Under the pieces are notes generated by a model. It had not been told where the DNA came from. It did no database searches and worked only from the letters and a program-made list of their open reading frames with translations. From Eledone cirrhosa (lineage: Eukaryota), in contig OZ024743.1 in NCBI GenBank assembly GCA_964016885.1, positions 64,480,001 through 64,544,000 on the forward strand: 64,000 nt of DNA. Reading direction: 5' to 3'. Below, in pieces: positions 15,301 through 30,545 of this stretch. Within the stretch, counting starts at the first letter, position 1. Every line of letters starts with the position of its first letter. Made by a program: the position numbers and the translations under genes.

Positions 15301-15616
15301 GAACTTTTTTTGTTTAATATAAGGAGCTGTTTCATTGTTTTATTCATTATTTTTTTAATATTTTATCTTGACTCTGTATTCCGTTTATCTTTCACCGAAA
15401 GTGATTTTTCATTGCATCTCTTCTTTCCATGATATCCGGATTACATTGAGTTCTTCATACGGATTGGACACTACCGTAAACTCTTGGTAGATTTATCTAC
15501 ATATATATATATATGTAAATATGATAATAATGGAGCTGCGGCGCTGCAAATGGGTTACATATGAAAAAGTTTGTCCTCATCAGTGGCCATCCAACCGTCG
15601 TAGGCATTTCGTCATA

Positions 15617-15660
<44 letters not shown>

Positions 15661-15692
15661 TTACATATATATATTACATTATATTATATACA

Positions 15693-15793
15693 CAGGAGTC
15701 CCCAAAAAATGTATACACACTTCAACAGCATTCTAATAAATATTGCCTTTACAGGTAATCAAAGTGTGTATACATTGTTTTGGGCACATCCTG
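15693..15793. mobile_element. Tc1/mariner-type MITE (~100 bp)
   Basis: Imperfect TIRs caggagtccccaaaaaatgtatacacactt / aagtgtgtatacattgttttgggcacatcctg, followed by TA. Confidence 0.65.
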
Positions 15794-15872
15794 TATATAT
15801 AAATATAATATGATATATATAAAATAGTTATACATATTTTTTATATTATCATATATATACATCAGACTCAAC

Positions 15873-15897
<25 letters not shown>

Positions 15898-15903
<6 letters not shown>

Positions 15904-16011
15904 CAAAATGAAAACGAAATTTCATTTCTCACTCTTAGTATGGCACTTACTTAAATGTAAGTATGCATGTATACGTACATACATATATGTATACAGACGT
16001 ACAGTAGCATG

Positions 16012-16055
<44 letters not shown>

Positions 16056-16491
16056 TACATATGCATACAGGTACACATACATATATGCACGTATCAGTTT
16101 AGCGGCGCTAACGTCGCTTTGTTCGTTTGTAAACAAACTGAACAGCCTGATTTTATGCCATACGGTGTTAAGGCAACCACGTCACCTTTTTGTTCAACAC
16201 TGACACAGGAACGATGTACTAGTTTCAAGCTTGTTAGCTATCATCAGCACCGTTTACCCATCTGCCAGATAGTTGAACGTTCGAAAGTATATACTTTCCT
16301 TATGAAAATTAACGGCTGAGCAGCCTAATTTGCATATTGAGTGAGTTAAATCGGTTAGGCATACCGAAAACGATAAATTAAAACAAAATGAAAACGAAAT
16401 TTCATTTCTCACTCTTAGTATGGCACTTACTTAAATGTAAGTATGCATGTATACGTACATACATATATGTATACAGACGTACAGTAGCATG

Positions 16492-16535
<44 letters not shown>

Positions 16536-16971
16536 TACATATGCATACAGGTACACATACATATATGCACGTATCAGTTTAGCGGCGCTAACGTCGCTTT
16601 GTTCGTTTGTAAACAAACTGAACAGCCTGATTTTATGCCATACGGTGTTAAGGCAACCACGTCACCTTTTTGTTCAACACTGACACAGGAACGATGTACT
16701 AGTTTCAAGCTTGTTAGCTATCATCAGCACCGTTTACCCATCTGCCAGATAGTTGAACGTTCGAAAGTATATACTTTCCTTATGAAAATTAACGGCTGAG
16801 CAGCCTAATTTGCATATTGAGTGAGTTAAATCGGTTAGGCATACCGAAAACGATAAATTAAAACAAAATGAAAACGAAATTTCATTTCTCACTCTTAGTA
16901 TGGCACTTACTTAAATGTAAGTATGCATGTATACGTACATACATATATGTATACAGACGTACAGTAGCATG

Positions 16972-17015
<44 letters not shown>

Positions 17016-17167
17016 TACATATGCATACAGGTACACATACATATATGCACGTATCAGTTTAGCGGCGCTAACGTCGCTTTGTTCGTTTGTAAACAAACTG
17101 AACAGCCTGATTTTATGCCATACGGTGTTAAGGCAACCACGTCACCTTTTTGTTCAACACTGACACA
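15898..17167. repeat. Apparently exact tandem repeat, 480-bp unit x ~2.65
   Basis: Identical text at 15901, 16381 and 16861, including the internal (TA)n length. Confidence 0.95.
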
Positions 17168-17187
17168 TATATATATATACATGTATG

Positions 17188-17246
<59 letters not shown>

Positions 17247-17247
17247 G

Positions 17248-17309
<62 letters not shown>

Positions 17310-17839
17310 AATTAATAAAATAATGAATAAACAAAGAAACAGTTCCTTATATTAAAAAAATTAAGGAACTGTTTCTTTGTTTATTCATTATTTTATTAAT
17401 TTATCTTGACTCTGTTTTCCGTTTATTTTTCACCGAAAGTAGTTTTTGAATGCATCTTCTCTTTTCATGATATCCGGATTACATTGAATTCTTCATACGG
17501 ATTGGACACAACCGTAAACTTTTGGTAGATTTATCTACATATATATATACATATATATATATATAATATATATAGCATCTTTGATAACATTGATAGGTTA
17601 CTCTATGTACTCTATTGCCCAACTATTGTAAACAGATGTTTTGGGGGACATATCTGTGTGCAGGGGGTTTTATCTGGGATTTTTTCTGGAAGAATTTGCC
17701 CAGAGAATCTTATAATAATATGGTATCTCTTTCTGTCTTGAGGTATTTCAGTGTGAGTTTGATTTTGTAGAGAATGGATATCACTGGGGCCAGGTCTTGG
17801 AGAAGCCAATTTGGGCAATATTGATCGAATATTATATAT

Positions 17840-18020
17840 TTGGCAGTATCGGTAGAGGGTCGGACGCCATACTTTCCAGCATAGTTATGTCTCTTTACGA
17901 TCTGAGTTCAAATCCCGCCGAGGTTAACTTTGCCTTTCATCCTTACGGGGTCGATAAAATAAAGTACCAGTAATGTACTGGGTAATTGCTGGCCTTGTGC
18001 CTAAAGTAGAAACAATTATA
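17840..18020 (+). mobile_element. SINE family A copy
   Basis: Same head, body and tail as 6825-7030; partial copies also at 12555-12642(+) and 12717-12762(-). Confidence 0.85.
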
Positions 18021-19831
18021 TATAATAATATATATATATATATTTCATATATGTATATTATATATATATATGATATATATATATATATTGTATATATATA
18101 TATATATAATATATATATGCTTTATAATACATATATCATTATATATAATATATATACTATACAATACATATATTATTAGATATAATATGTATATTATATA
18201 ATATATATACTATATGATACATATATAGGTATACGTAATATATATTATGTATATAATATATATCCTATACAATACATATATTAGATATAATATATATGTT
18301 ATATAGTTCAAGGAGACTTCAAACAGAGATACAAAAAGTCTTATTAGTTTCACGCTTTATATTGGCAAGGGGTTAGAAAGTTCGATGTGTCCGGCTTCAG
18401 CAGTACAAAATAGAGACAGGATCACAATTGAGAAACAGAAAAAAGGTAAAAGCAAATAGTGAGAGAGAGAGAGAAAGGGTGCGATAGAGAGAGAAGGTGG
18501 AGCATAGAAAAGAAGGTCGCCGGCAGTTCAAGAAAAATCTAAATATTCGTGGGTGGACAGAATGGTAAATACTATATAATACATATATACTATATATATA
18601 CTATATAATTATATATAGTATATATTATATGTATAACATATATACTATACAATACACATATAATTAGATATAATGTGTATATTATATAATATATATATAT
18701 TACTATATTATATGAAGTATGTATAATACACTTAATCTAAAACTACAACTCCTTGTCTCCGTCTTCCTTTATATAGTTATATGGAACCGAGTCATGGACA
18801 GTCAACACAATCGTGGTAAATATGTTGAATTCTTTTAGTACCGTTACAGGCACATTCTCAGTGTTAAACACACTGACCACGTCGACAATGAAGTTTGCAA
18901 GTAAAGCTATTTAACACTTTCATTATATTTCTAATGAGCAACACTGCCTATGATTTTTCTTACCATATTTCTCATGAATTACACTCCATGTGAATCTTGT
19001 TACTATATTTCTTATAAAAGACACTGCCTGTGAATTTCAAACAGTTTGAACTACAGATATTTAAAAACGGAAAATGACGGGAAAAGCAACGGTTCTAGGT
19101 TCACAGAAAATGGGAGGGGGAAGGGAAGGTGGTGGGCTCTGGGCCTAGGGCGCAGCGGTGTTGAGGCTGCGCCCCGCTGACAAGGCCTCAGATACATTTC
19201 CGCAGACAATGACCAGTGACACTCGCTGCATCAGCTACCCCCACCTCGCGGGGCACCTTCTTCAGGCGGGCAGCTGACGTATCAAAGTTGCGGAATAGTG
19301 CGGCAGTATGGAGTCCAAGTACGCCTGACATCTTGATGGTGCGAAACAAACAGCCACTGATGAAGAGTCATTACACACGACAGCTAAAAGCTTTAGGACA
19401 TTGGCTAACAGCAAAGAACAACCCAGTATCACGAATTGCTCTCTACTATCCAGAGAATGGCAATAACAAGTGGTGAGTCTTGTTACTCTGGAGTTTCTCC
19501 CCTGTACTCACAGAATCTTTGAGTACTCATTTTCACGTCACGTCAAGTACACACGTACTTTTTATCAAAGATGTTTTCCGTTCCTTCCTCTTCTGACTAT
19601 CTTTTTTTCTATTTCATCTTGTATTTCTCATTCTTTCCTCTAATGAAAGACAAGTGTCCGAAACGTAAATGTTCTTTTCCTACTATGACAAGCGTTGTAC
19701 TAAAATATTTCTTCATTGTACTGTTTTCTTTGTGGTTTCCGTTTACTTTTTGCCTACATGTATATCACCGAACTCATCCATGGACTGAGTGCGCTACCAA
19801 ATTTGGATATAACCTCCCGGTTTATCACTAC

Positions 19832-19892
<61 letters not shown>

Positions 19893-19952
19893 AAATATAT
19901 ATATATTTATGTATACTGTGATGTCTAAGTATTTGAGACAACCTTCTAATTA

Positions 19953-19985
<33 letters not shown>

Positions 19986-19995
19986 CATATATAAA

Positions 19996-20054
19996 CTACT
20001 GCTACTAGTACTATTACTATCACTACACTACAACTACTACTACAACCACTACTA

Positions 20055-20091
<37 letters not shown>

Positions 20092-20132
20092 CATATCCAC
20101 CAACACTACTACTACTAGTACTACTACTATCT

Positions 20133-20174
<42 letters not shown>

Positions 20175-20183
20175 TCACTACTA

Positions 20184-20235
<52 letters not shown>

Positions 20236-20307
20236 CATCTCCACCAACATTACTACTAGTACCACCACTACTACTACTAGTACTACTACTATCTCCACCA
20301 CCACTAT

Positions 20308-20343
<36 letters not shown>

Positions 20344-20395
20344 CACTACTACTACTACTACTACTATCTCCACCAACATTACTACTAGTACCACC

Positions 20396-20430
<35 letters not shown>

Positions 20431-20600
20431 CACTACTACTACTACTACTACTATCTCCACCAACATTACTACTAGTACCACCACTACTACTACTAGTACT
20501 ACTACTATCTCCACCACTACCACTACCACCACTACTACTACTACCACCACCACCACCACCACCACCACCACCACTACTACCACCACTACTACTACTAACA
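19996..20600. repeat. (ACT/ACC)n trinucleotide tract
   Basis: Direct reading; similar tracts at 28490-29345 (ACC/ACT), 23780-24060 (CAT/CGT), 52160-52533 (GAT). Confidence 0.95.
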
Positions 20601-20924
20601 CCTGACGAGTAGACTATATGGTTAGTTTATTTTTTTCATCAGTCATCATCACGTACAGTAGCCTATTAGTGCCAAAATATGACATATTAACATCTTACTG
20701 ACATAACGACCGGTTCAATGAGACCGACAAACTATGTGTATATATATGTATCTGTTTGACACTCAGTCGTATGTGTATGTATGTATGTGTAGCTATGTGG
20801 ATGTACCTACCAACGTATATACTTAAATGCATACGTACATATGTACATACTTATATATATATATATAAGCATATGTAAGTATATGTATATGAATATGTAT
20901 GTATATATATTTGTACATGCGTGT

Positions 20925-20975
<51 letters not shown>

Positions 20976-21248
20976 CGTGGCCGAGTGGTTAGAGAATTAC
21001 AATCGTGAGGTTGTGAGTTCGATTCCCGGACCGGGTGATGCGTTATGTCCTTGAGCAAGACACTTTATTTCACGTTCTACCTGGAGTTGCGACCGATAGA
21101 TAGTATTAGCAAATCTAATACCCCGTCCATTATCACACCCCAAAATTCCTATCGCTTTCTCTTTGCTCATAGCTTCGTACTTACATGCACACACACTCTT
21201 TTACTTACATATACACACATATCTCTTCTTAGCTTCGAACGGACCTAT

Positions 21249-21325
<77 letters not shown>

Positions 21326-21499
21326 TACATGCTGACGCACGTGCTCAAGTATAACTCTTTTTACAAAACGGTTTTTTCTAAAAAAACAAATCATAAACAA
21401 AACACCAGCACCATAAGTTTTGCAAGATATGTCAACATGAATGGACCTATTATTTTTATCTAAATAAAACTTAAACCGTTAAGGTCTCATTCCTGGATA

Positions 21500-21627
21500 T
21501 GTCAATATTTATAAAACAAGCTTTGTATTTTATCTGATGAGTGCGTACCAAAGTTTTGGTACCCTTGAAATATATATAATAGAATAAATATGGTTTTATA
21601 AATATAGTTTCCATTTATTAATATCAT

Positions 21628-21628
<1 letters not shown>
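21500..21628 (+). mobile_element. Family H1 hammerhead-bearing repeat (partial)
   Basis: CTGATGA(21534)-gtgc-gtaccaaa-gt-tttggtac-cctt-GAAA(21567)-tatatata; 3' end runs into (TA)n. Confidence 0.6.
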
Positions 21629-21670
<42 letters not shown>

Positions 21671-21916
21671 AACATATATATGTATGTATATATATATATA
21701 TATATATTTTTTTTTTTACATACATACGCCTGTACATATTCTTTACTGTGACTACCTTTTATTTTCTGTATCTATCCTTTGTGATCCTGTCTCTATTTTT
21801 GTACTCTCGAAGAAGGGCGAAAGCCCGACAAGTTGAATTTTCTTTCACCTTTACCATATAAAGCGTGAAACTAATAAGAATGTTTGTATCTCTGTTTCTT
21901 GTTTCCTTGAACTATA

Positions 21917-21957
<41 letters not shown>

Positions 21958-22162
21958 CTAAAGAAATGTTAACCTGATAGTGGTGTTTAGAACCCTCTAA
22001 GAAATGGAAAAAGATGTGTATTGACGTACATGCCGATCCTTTTTCCATTTCTTAGAATATTCTAAACCCCACTATCAAGCTAAAATTTCTTTAGTCACAG
22101 AATACAGTGAAAGCTTCTATTTCTAATTTCAAACTCGCTCGCTGTTTCAAAACATACTTACT

Positions 22163-22240
<78 letters not shown>

Positions 22241-23202
22241 AAGACCCACTTCGATCATGAATAGCGATGGAATTTGCCCCTAGAAAGTCCGAGCAAGTAA
22301 GCCCGACTCTCTAACCACTAAGCCATGCGCCTTCACATATACATATGTACATATTTTATATTTAATAATATACGGGATGTTTATGAAAGATATTCAGAAG
22401 ACCTTTCGTTATGAATTTTAAGGTTGAGATGATATATCCAGCTTCAGCTAAACCAGGGGAAAGTAATCGACGTTGCCACTGTTTCTCACATATTAGCGGT
22501 TATCAAGACTACATATCGCCCTGCCTCTGCTGAAGCTAATGCAACCTATATTCTGCTTATGCTTATAAGCTGATGGAACTCATTTGCATACTGAGCGGTA
22601 GCCGGTCCGGCATAAATTAAAAATTTGTATTGGTGCTCCGACATAACGATATATATATGAATGTACGTCGTGTATATTTAAAAATATACGGGATGTTTAA
22701 GAAAAATATTTGCAAAGCTTCTCGCTTTAAGGTTGTGACGATCGTCACATAGCTAGCTTCAGCAAAGACACCGCTTCTCACTTAGCTGCTATTAAGATTA
22801 CCTATCTCCCTGCCTTTGCTGAAGCTAAACCAAGTTAGATTCTTAAAGAATTGAGCTTATGTTTATTAGCTGATGGTGTTAAATTTCAGATTATATAGAT
22901 TTTGTTGTCATAAGGTCATAGTACATTTATTTCTATCTGATTAGTTGCTACTTCATTTTTGTGATTCTTAAAGAAAATAATTCTCCAGTTAGTGGAAGAC
23001 TCTCTCGTCCACACACCACTCTGTAAGTCCTTGGCGAAACATTGACACCAAATACGTTTTACATATATACACACATGTATATACACACACACACACGCAC
23101 ACACACACACGCACACACACACACACCCACACTCACACACACACATATATATAATTAGAATTTGGTTTCTTGCTCTCACATAAATGTACACATTTGTATA
23201 TA

Positions 23203-23246
<44 letters not shown>

Positions 23247-23504
23247 TATATACATATATATATACATATGTATATATGTATATATATACATATATATATA
23301 TACTTATACATATATATACATATATATACTTATATATATGCATATATATATACATTCATATATACATATATATACACAAACATGTACATATATATGTATG
23401 TGTGCGTATATAAATATATATATATATATACACACACATATGCATGTACATATGTGTGTCTATGTGTGTGTGTCTATGTGTGTGTGTGTGTGTGTGTATG
23501 TGTG

Positions 23505-23661
<157 letters not shown>

Positions 23662-24297
23662 TTTGAAAAGCAACAGTTGGGAGAGGGTCATTGTGAAAGT
23701 AATGTTTACATGTCGCGACATTATATAAATTGAGGATAAATAGAAGATGACTGCCACACCAAGCGGATGTTTGGATTATTTCATCATCGTAATCATCATC
23801 ATCGTAATCATCGTCATCGTCATCATCGTCATCGTCATCATCGCCATCGCCATCGCCATCGTCATCATCACCGCCATCGGCATCGTCATCATCACCGCCA
23901 TCGTCATCATCATCATCATCGTCGTCGTCGTCGTCGTCGTCGTCGCCATCATCATCATCATCATCATCGTCATCATCATCGTCGTCACCATCATCATCAT
24001 CATCAACATCACGATCATTATCACCGTCAACGCCAACATCATCATTGTCATCATAGTAATTGGCAGCTTTAATGTCGCCATCGTCGTTATCAATATCATC
24101 CACATATCACCATTTCTCGTCAACAATAATTAACATAGGGATTTGTAATATATATATACTAGCAGGATGGCCCGGCGTTGCTCGGGATTTTCTCAAGGGT
24201 TCTTATATATTTGATATATATTTATCCTTATCGAGCCTCGTGAAATAAATAAGTTCGTTTATATTTTGTTATTGTGTATGCAAAAATATCTGTACAC

Positions 24298-24358
<61 letters not shown>

Positions 24359-24393
24359 TATAAGTATTAATAAAATAGATGTTCTTTTGATCA

Positions 24394-24456
24394 ATTACAT
24401 TTTATTATACATATTTCGGATGTACAACAGTACGTCCTCATCAGACAAAATATAAT
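24394..24456 (-). ncRNA. Type-I hammerhead ribozyme fold
   Basis: Minus strand: attatatttt-gt-CTGATGA-ggacgtac-tgtt-gtacatcc-GAAA-tat-GTA-taat-aaaatgtaat. Confidence 0.65.
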
Positions 24457-25451
24457 GATACATGATATACCCTGAGATGTTAAATGGTTAAGATTTAATC
24501 AAGGTAGTGATTAACCCAAGAGAAAATTTTACTTATATCCTATTTATGAGAAAATGCGAAAACGTAATAAATTCATTAGAGAATGTGTGAGTAATAAAAA
24601 ACGTTGCATATTGTAACTGTTCTAAAAGTTTTAAAGTGTATGATACTACGATATATCTAGGAAAACGTCTCCTGAATCATAACAGCCAGTGATAGCCACT
24701 GGAAAAGGATTTATAAAGAGGGAATAATAAAGTGGGGGGGGGGTGATATATACAGAAGGAGATTTTTTCGAAAGTTATACGGTTAAATTTGAAAATATTT
24801 AATTTAATTTATAATGTTAGGGTGAAGACTCCAGATTTCAGGATTATTTGCTGGTTATTTATATATTATTTATATAAATTCGGTAAGTGTGTTATCATTT
24901 CTAAACTTCTGAATTTTATGAGGGTAACATTTAAAGGATTTAGCTGGCACATAAAGAATGAAATATTATACTGTTGATTATTTACCTAAATTCAAACTTT
25001 GTGATCTCTTTTAAATTTTAAATTTTAAATTTTAGTTTAATTTTAGTTTAATACCCAATCCATAAATTTTTATGAAACTTATCTATAACTCTAAATTTTT
25101 AATGAGTTTTTGATCTATTATTTATAGTATATTAAACCAAAGCCAAAGTCTCAATTTCAGGATGATAGACCGACTAAAATAAGTTTGTTTTGCTCATTCA
25201 GTTCCCTAACGATAGTTTCTGGAATTCAAGAGACAATACTAACTATTTTAAAACATTGGAACAACCAATATTAGCTAAGTTTAATAGTTTAATTACTTCT
25301 GTGAGTTTATAACATATTAGTATATTTTATCATTTCAGTATTGTGACAAATGACGTTTATAGACATTTTTATGGACCACGTCCAATATTTGCGGTTCTTC
25401 ACTCTTCGTGGGTGCTCTAAGAACGCAACCCTTGCAAATACAGGGGACAAC

Positions 25452-25524
<73 letters not shown>

Positions 25525-25617
25525 CAAATAGTTTATCGTTCTACATGGCTGAACACAAGAAAATGTAATCTGAGTTTTTCGAATATTATTATTAATATTC
25601 GAAAAACTCAGATTACA

Positions 25618-25691
<74 letters not shown>

Positions 25692-25801
25692 CGTATTTAT
25701 CGAAGTGTTCGTCAATCAATTAAATAACTGAATGTAATTTAATCCTGGTTATTTTTATTTATTTATAAATATATAGACATATATATATATATATATATAT
25801 C

Positions 25802-25996
<195 letters not shown>

Positions 25997-26282
25997 TGTG
26001 ATATTGTAAAACTATTGTGATTGGAAATTTGCTGATGGGATTAAGTTCTGAACTGTATGTTATCTATGTATAAAATCACATTTGAGCTTTGAAATATTCT
26101 TTGCCTTTATATGTTTGTGTTATCAACTCATCTAAACTATTATATATATACACACACATACACATATATATATATATGTTTGTGTTATCAACTCATCTAA
26201 ACTATTATATATATACACACACATACACATATATATATATATGTGTGTGTACGCGTGCGTGTCTGTGTGTGTGTTGACCAAA

Positions 26283-26428
26283 TCATTACTATAATGTACA
26301 TCATTATAATAATATATATCATTACAATAATATATATCATTACAATAATATATATCATTACTATAATATATATCATTACTATAATATATATCATTACTAT
26401 AATATATATCATTACTATAATATATATT
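26283..26428. repeat. 18-bp minisatellite interrupted by the Helentron-like element
   Basis: atatatatcattac(a/t)ata units; resumes at ~27005-27100. Confidence 0.85.
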
Positions 26429-27006
26429 ACTAGCAGCAGTACCCAGCTTTGCCTGGGTAGGTAAAATAGTATCTGCTTTGATGAAAAGGTGTTGATCTTA
26501 ACGACTGCTTCTCAATGACTCATCTATGGCCACACACAGGCCATGCGGGGGAGGGTGGTGATGACCTCTATCACTGAGAAATGCGGGTGACTGACAAAGG
26601 GGCATGCTGAGGGAGGGAGTCTAAAAGTGGTAATTTTTAATATTTAAGCGGCTACCACCCCGTCCCTGAACAACAAATGCAAAATATAAAGCCATTAGAG
26701 GATGTGCAATGATAAATTCTATTTTGCTTTAAAATTTGAACGAAATCGGTGGCAAAATGTGGGAGCTAGAGCCAAAACTATTATTTTTCGATACCTAAAA
26801 AAAGGTGAACCCCACTATCGATTTTTATCTGTAGAATGACCCCGGAATAAAAACAAACGACACGCTGATATATAGAAAACACTCCCCGATGACTAATCTA
26901 TGAGCCTGTAAAGTTTCATGAAAATCGGTCGTAAGATGTAGGCCCCTATAGGTAATACACAGACACACAGACACACACACCTACTTAATTTTATATATAT
27001 ACAGAT
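26429..27006 (+). mobile_element. Non-autonomous Helentron/HINE-like (Lep1/DINE-type) element
   Basis: 5' actagc..acccagctttgcctgggt hairpin; internal aaatttgaacgaaatcgg and aagtttcatgaaaatcgg; 3' (CAGACACA) microsatellite then ttttatatatat-acagat; a related 5' end at 24158-24190. Confidence 0.65.
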
Positions 27007-27294
27007 TACAATAATTTGTATTATTGTAATATATATCATTACTATAATGTGTATCATTACAATATATCATTACTATAACATTATGATATATATTATTACA
27101 GTATTGCGTTCCTTTACTATCTGTTTTGGAATAGGAATAATACCAATGTAGATCAATCAAGTACTGATAACAATATTATTAGTTTAGTCATCAATTAAAT
27201 TAATTACTATCTAATACTGAGGTCGATATAATCGATTTTCCTACCAAAAATATTTGTAATCTTTGACATAATATAGAAATTAACATCCTGCAGC

Positions 27295-27987
27295 GTTCCA
27301 GTCTGAGTCAACTTTGCCTTTCATCCTTTCAAGGTCGATAAATAAAATACCATTCATATACTGGGGCTGGGGTAATTGATTTCACCCTCCCCAAAATTGC
27401 TGGCCTTGTGCCTAAATCAGAAATCATTATTTGGCAGTATCAGTAGAAGGTCGGACGCCATGCTTTCCAGCATAGTTACGTCCCTTTACAGTCTGAGTTC
27501 AAATTCCGCCGAGGTTAACTTTGCCTTTCATCCTTAAGGGGTTGATAAAATAAAGTACCAGTTATGTACTGGGTAATTGCTGGCCTTGTGCCAAAAGTAG
27601 AAACAATTATTATTACTTATTGTCCTTTACATTCTGAGTTCAAATCCCGTCGAGGTTAGCTTTGCCTTTCATCCTTACGGAGTCCATAAAATAAAGTACC
27701 AGTAATGCTCTGGGGCCGATTTAATCAACTTTCCCCTCCCCCAGAATTGTTGGTCTTGTGCCTAAATCAGAAACCATTATTATTATGGACGGTGGGTTGG
27801 CAGTATCGGTAGAGGGTCGGACGCCATGCTTTGAAGCATAGAGTTACGTCCCTTTATGATCTGAGTTCAAATTCCGCCGAGATTAACTTTGTTTTCATCC
27901 TTACGGAGTCGATAAAATGAAGTACCAGTAATGTACTGGGTAATTGCTGGCCTTGTGTCAAAAGTAGAAACAATTATTATCATTATT
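27295..27987 (+). mobile_element. Head-to-tail cluster of four SINE family A copies
   Basis: Four repeats of the ..tttcatcctt..ataa..a..tacca body separated by (ATT)n tails. Confidence 0.85.
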
Positions 27988-27991
27988 CCCA

Positions 27992-28490
27992 CTCTGTAGA
28001 GTATGGCATGAAACAGACGAATTTATGGCACATATTGCTAGGGGATGTGAACAATTAGCAAAAAGACGATATGAAATCCGGCATGATCTTATAGCAAAAA
28101 GAGTCCATTGTGAGTTGTGCCAAAAATACATAGAAACACAATGTCAGCGGTACGAACCTACTCCTCTTGAATCGTGTCTATCAGGAGAGGGGTTAGAGTT
28201 ATTTGGGGACCACAAGGTCCAGCACAACCACTCTGGCATTTCAAAACCAAACAACCCTTCAAATGGACTCTTATTGATATTGCGATTACTCAAGACCACA
28301 ATGTGGCTGAAAAGGCAATGGAAAAAATCAATAAGTATGTAGACCATGCAGGTGTTATAAGAACTGATCTCCATGTAGAGACAGGAGTTGTGGCAATCGT
28401 CATTGGCGCGCTAGACATGGTCCCTAAATGTCTTAAGTCTTTCATCAATAGTCTTGGGATCCTCGACATCATAGATAGTGTCCAAATTCC
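27992..28490 (+). pseudogene. R4/Dong-like (restriction-like endonuclease) LINE C-terminal fragment, frameshifted
   Basis: CRVWHETDEFMAHIARGCEQLAKRRYEIRHDLIAKRVH (degenerate CCHC + RHD), then IDIAI..EKINKY..VAIVIGAL in another frame. Confidence 0.8.
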
Positions 28491-29445
28491 TACCATCGCC
28501 ACCACCATCACTACCACCACTACAATCAATACCACCACTACCATCACTACCACAACTACCACGACTACCATCACTACCACTACCACCACTACCATCACTA
28601 CCACCACTACCACCATTGTCATCACTGCCACTACAATCATTACCTTCACTACAACCACTACCACCACTGCCATCACTACCTCTACCATCAATACCACTAC
28701 CATCACTACTATCACTACTCTACCATCACTACCACTACCACCACTACCACCACTACCACCACTACCATCACTATCATCACTACCATCACTACCATCACTA
28801 CCACCACTACCACCACCACTACTACCACCACCACCACTACCATCACCACCACTACCATCACTACCATCACCACCTCTACCACCACAACTACTACCACCAC
28901 TACTATCACTACCACCACCACCACTACCACTACCATCACGACCACTACCACTACCATCACTACCATCACCACTACTACCGCCACCACCACTACCATCACT
29001 ACCACCACTACCACAACTACCACGACTACCATCACCACCTCTACCACCACTACAACTACCACCACTACCACCACTACCATCACTACCACCACTACCATCA
29101 CCACTACTACCACCACCACCACTACCATCACTACCATCACCACCACTACCATCACTACCATCACCACCTCTACCACCACTACTACTACCACCACTACTAC
29201 CACTACCACCACCACCACTACCACTACCATCACGACCACTACCACTACCATCACTACCACCACTACCATCACCACTACTACCACCACCACCACTACCATC
29301 ACTACCATCACCACCTCTACCACCACTACCACTACCACCACTACAATCCTACACAATATATTGTGTCTCTGAGATCAGGGACTGATCTAAGGCCAATTAA
29401 CACGCTGTACCTAACAACTGATTGATAGAGAAACCTTACAAAAGG

Positions 29446-30145
29446 ATGAGTTCAAATCCCGCCGAGGTTAACTTTGCCTTTCATCCTTACGGGGTCGATA
29501 AAATAAAATACCAGTAATACACTGGGATAATGGCTGGCCTTGTGCCAAATGTAGAAACAATTATTTAAAACGAAAATAATGATAAAAATCGTTTCTGATT
29601 TAGACTCAAGGCCAACAGAGAGAAGGGTGAGTTACTGGTACTTTATTTTATTGACCACGTTAGTATAAAATGCAAGGCTAACCTCGGCGGGATTTGAACT
29701 CAGAGCGTAAAGCGACGTAACTCTATGCTGCAAAGCATGTTGTCCGACGCTCAACCGGAACTGCCAATAATAATGGTTTCTTATATAGGCACAAGGTCAG
29801 CAATTTTGCGTAAGAGGAAGTCGATTAAATCGACACCAGTGCGTGACTGGTACTTTATTTTATCGACCCCGTAAGGGTGAAAGGCAAAGTTAACCTCGGT
29901 GGGATTTGAACTCAGACCGTAAAGGGCCGTAACTCTTTCGTTTTAAATAACTGTTTCTACTTTTGGCAGAAGGCCAGCAATTGACCCAAGTGTATAACTG
30001 GTACTTTATTTTACCGACCCCCGTAAGTATCAAAGGCAAAGTTAACCTCGGCGGGACTTGACCTCAGACCATAAAGGGCCATAACTCTTCGTAATGTTAC
30101 AAAGCATGGCGCCCCACCCTCTACCGATACTGCCAATCCACCCCT
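29446..30145. mobile_element. SINE family A cluster: one partial + copy followed by three to four - copies
   Basis: + copy at 29446-29565; reverse-complement bodies (ggtactttattttatcgacccc..aggcaaagttaacctcggcgggatttgaactc) at 29585-30145. Confidence 0.85.
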
Positions 30146-30545
30146 GTTGTATTTCTATGTCATAATGATCTGGTTTCACTCTATAATAAGATTGACTGCC
30201 GTTACAGCAAATTGAGAAATTCTCAGCAGCGTCATTCCCACTCTTCTGTATTTCTCTTGTTCTCATTGTTTTATGTAAATATTGTTGCAATGTGATGCCT
30301 TTTTATAAATATTTTTTCGAACAACTCAGCTTCCCCTTTCACAATTTTTACATTACGAATCGTTTGGCACATTTTAATATAAAATGAAATTATATACTTA
30401 CATCAACACAAATACATACATACACACACACACACACACATTCACAAGCAGACTCACAAACACACATGAATGTATGTATGTATGTATGTATGTATGTATG
30501 TATGTATGTATGTATGTATGTATGTATGTATGTATGTATGTATGT

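Noticed and set aside
28174-29425. Pro/Thr/His-rich 403-aa and 315-aa ORFs resembling mucin or extensin
   Set aside because: An R4-like LINE fragment running into an (ACC/ACT)n tract
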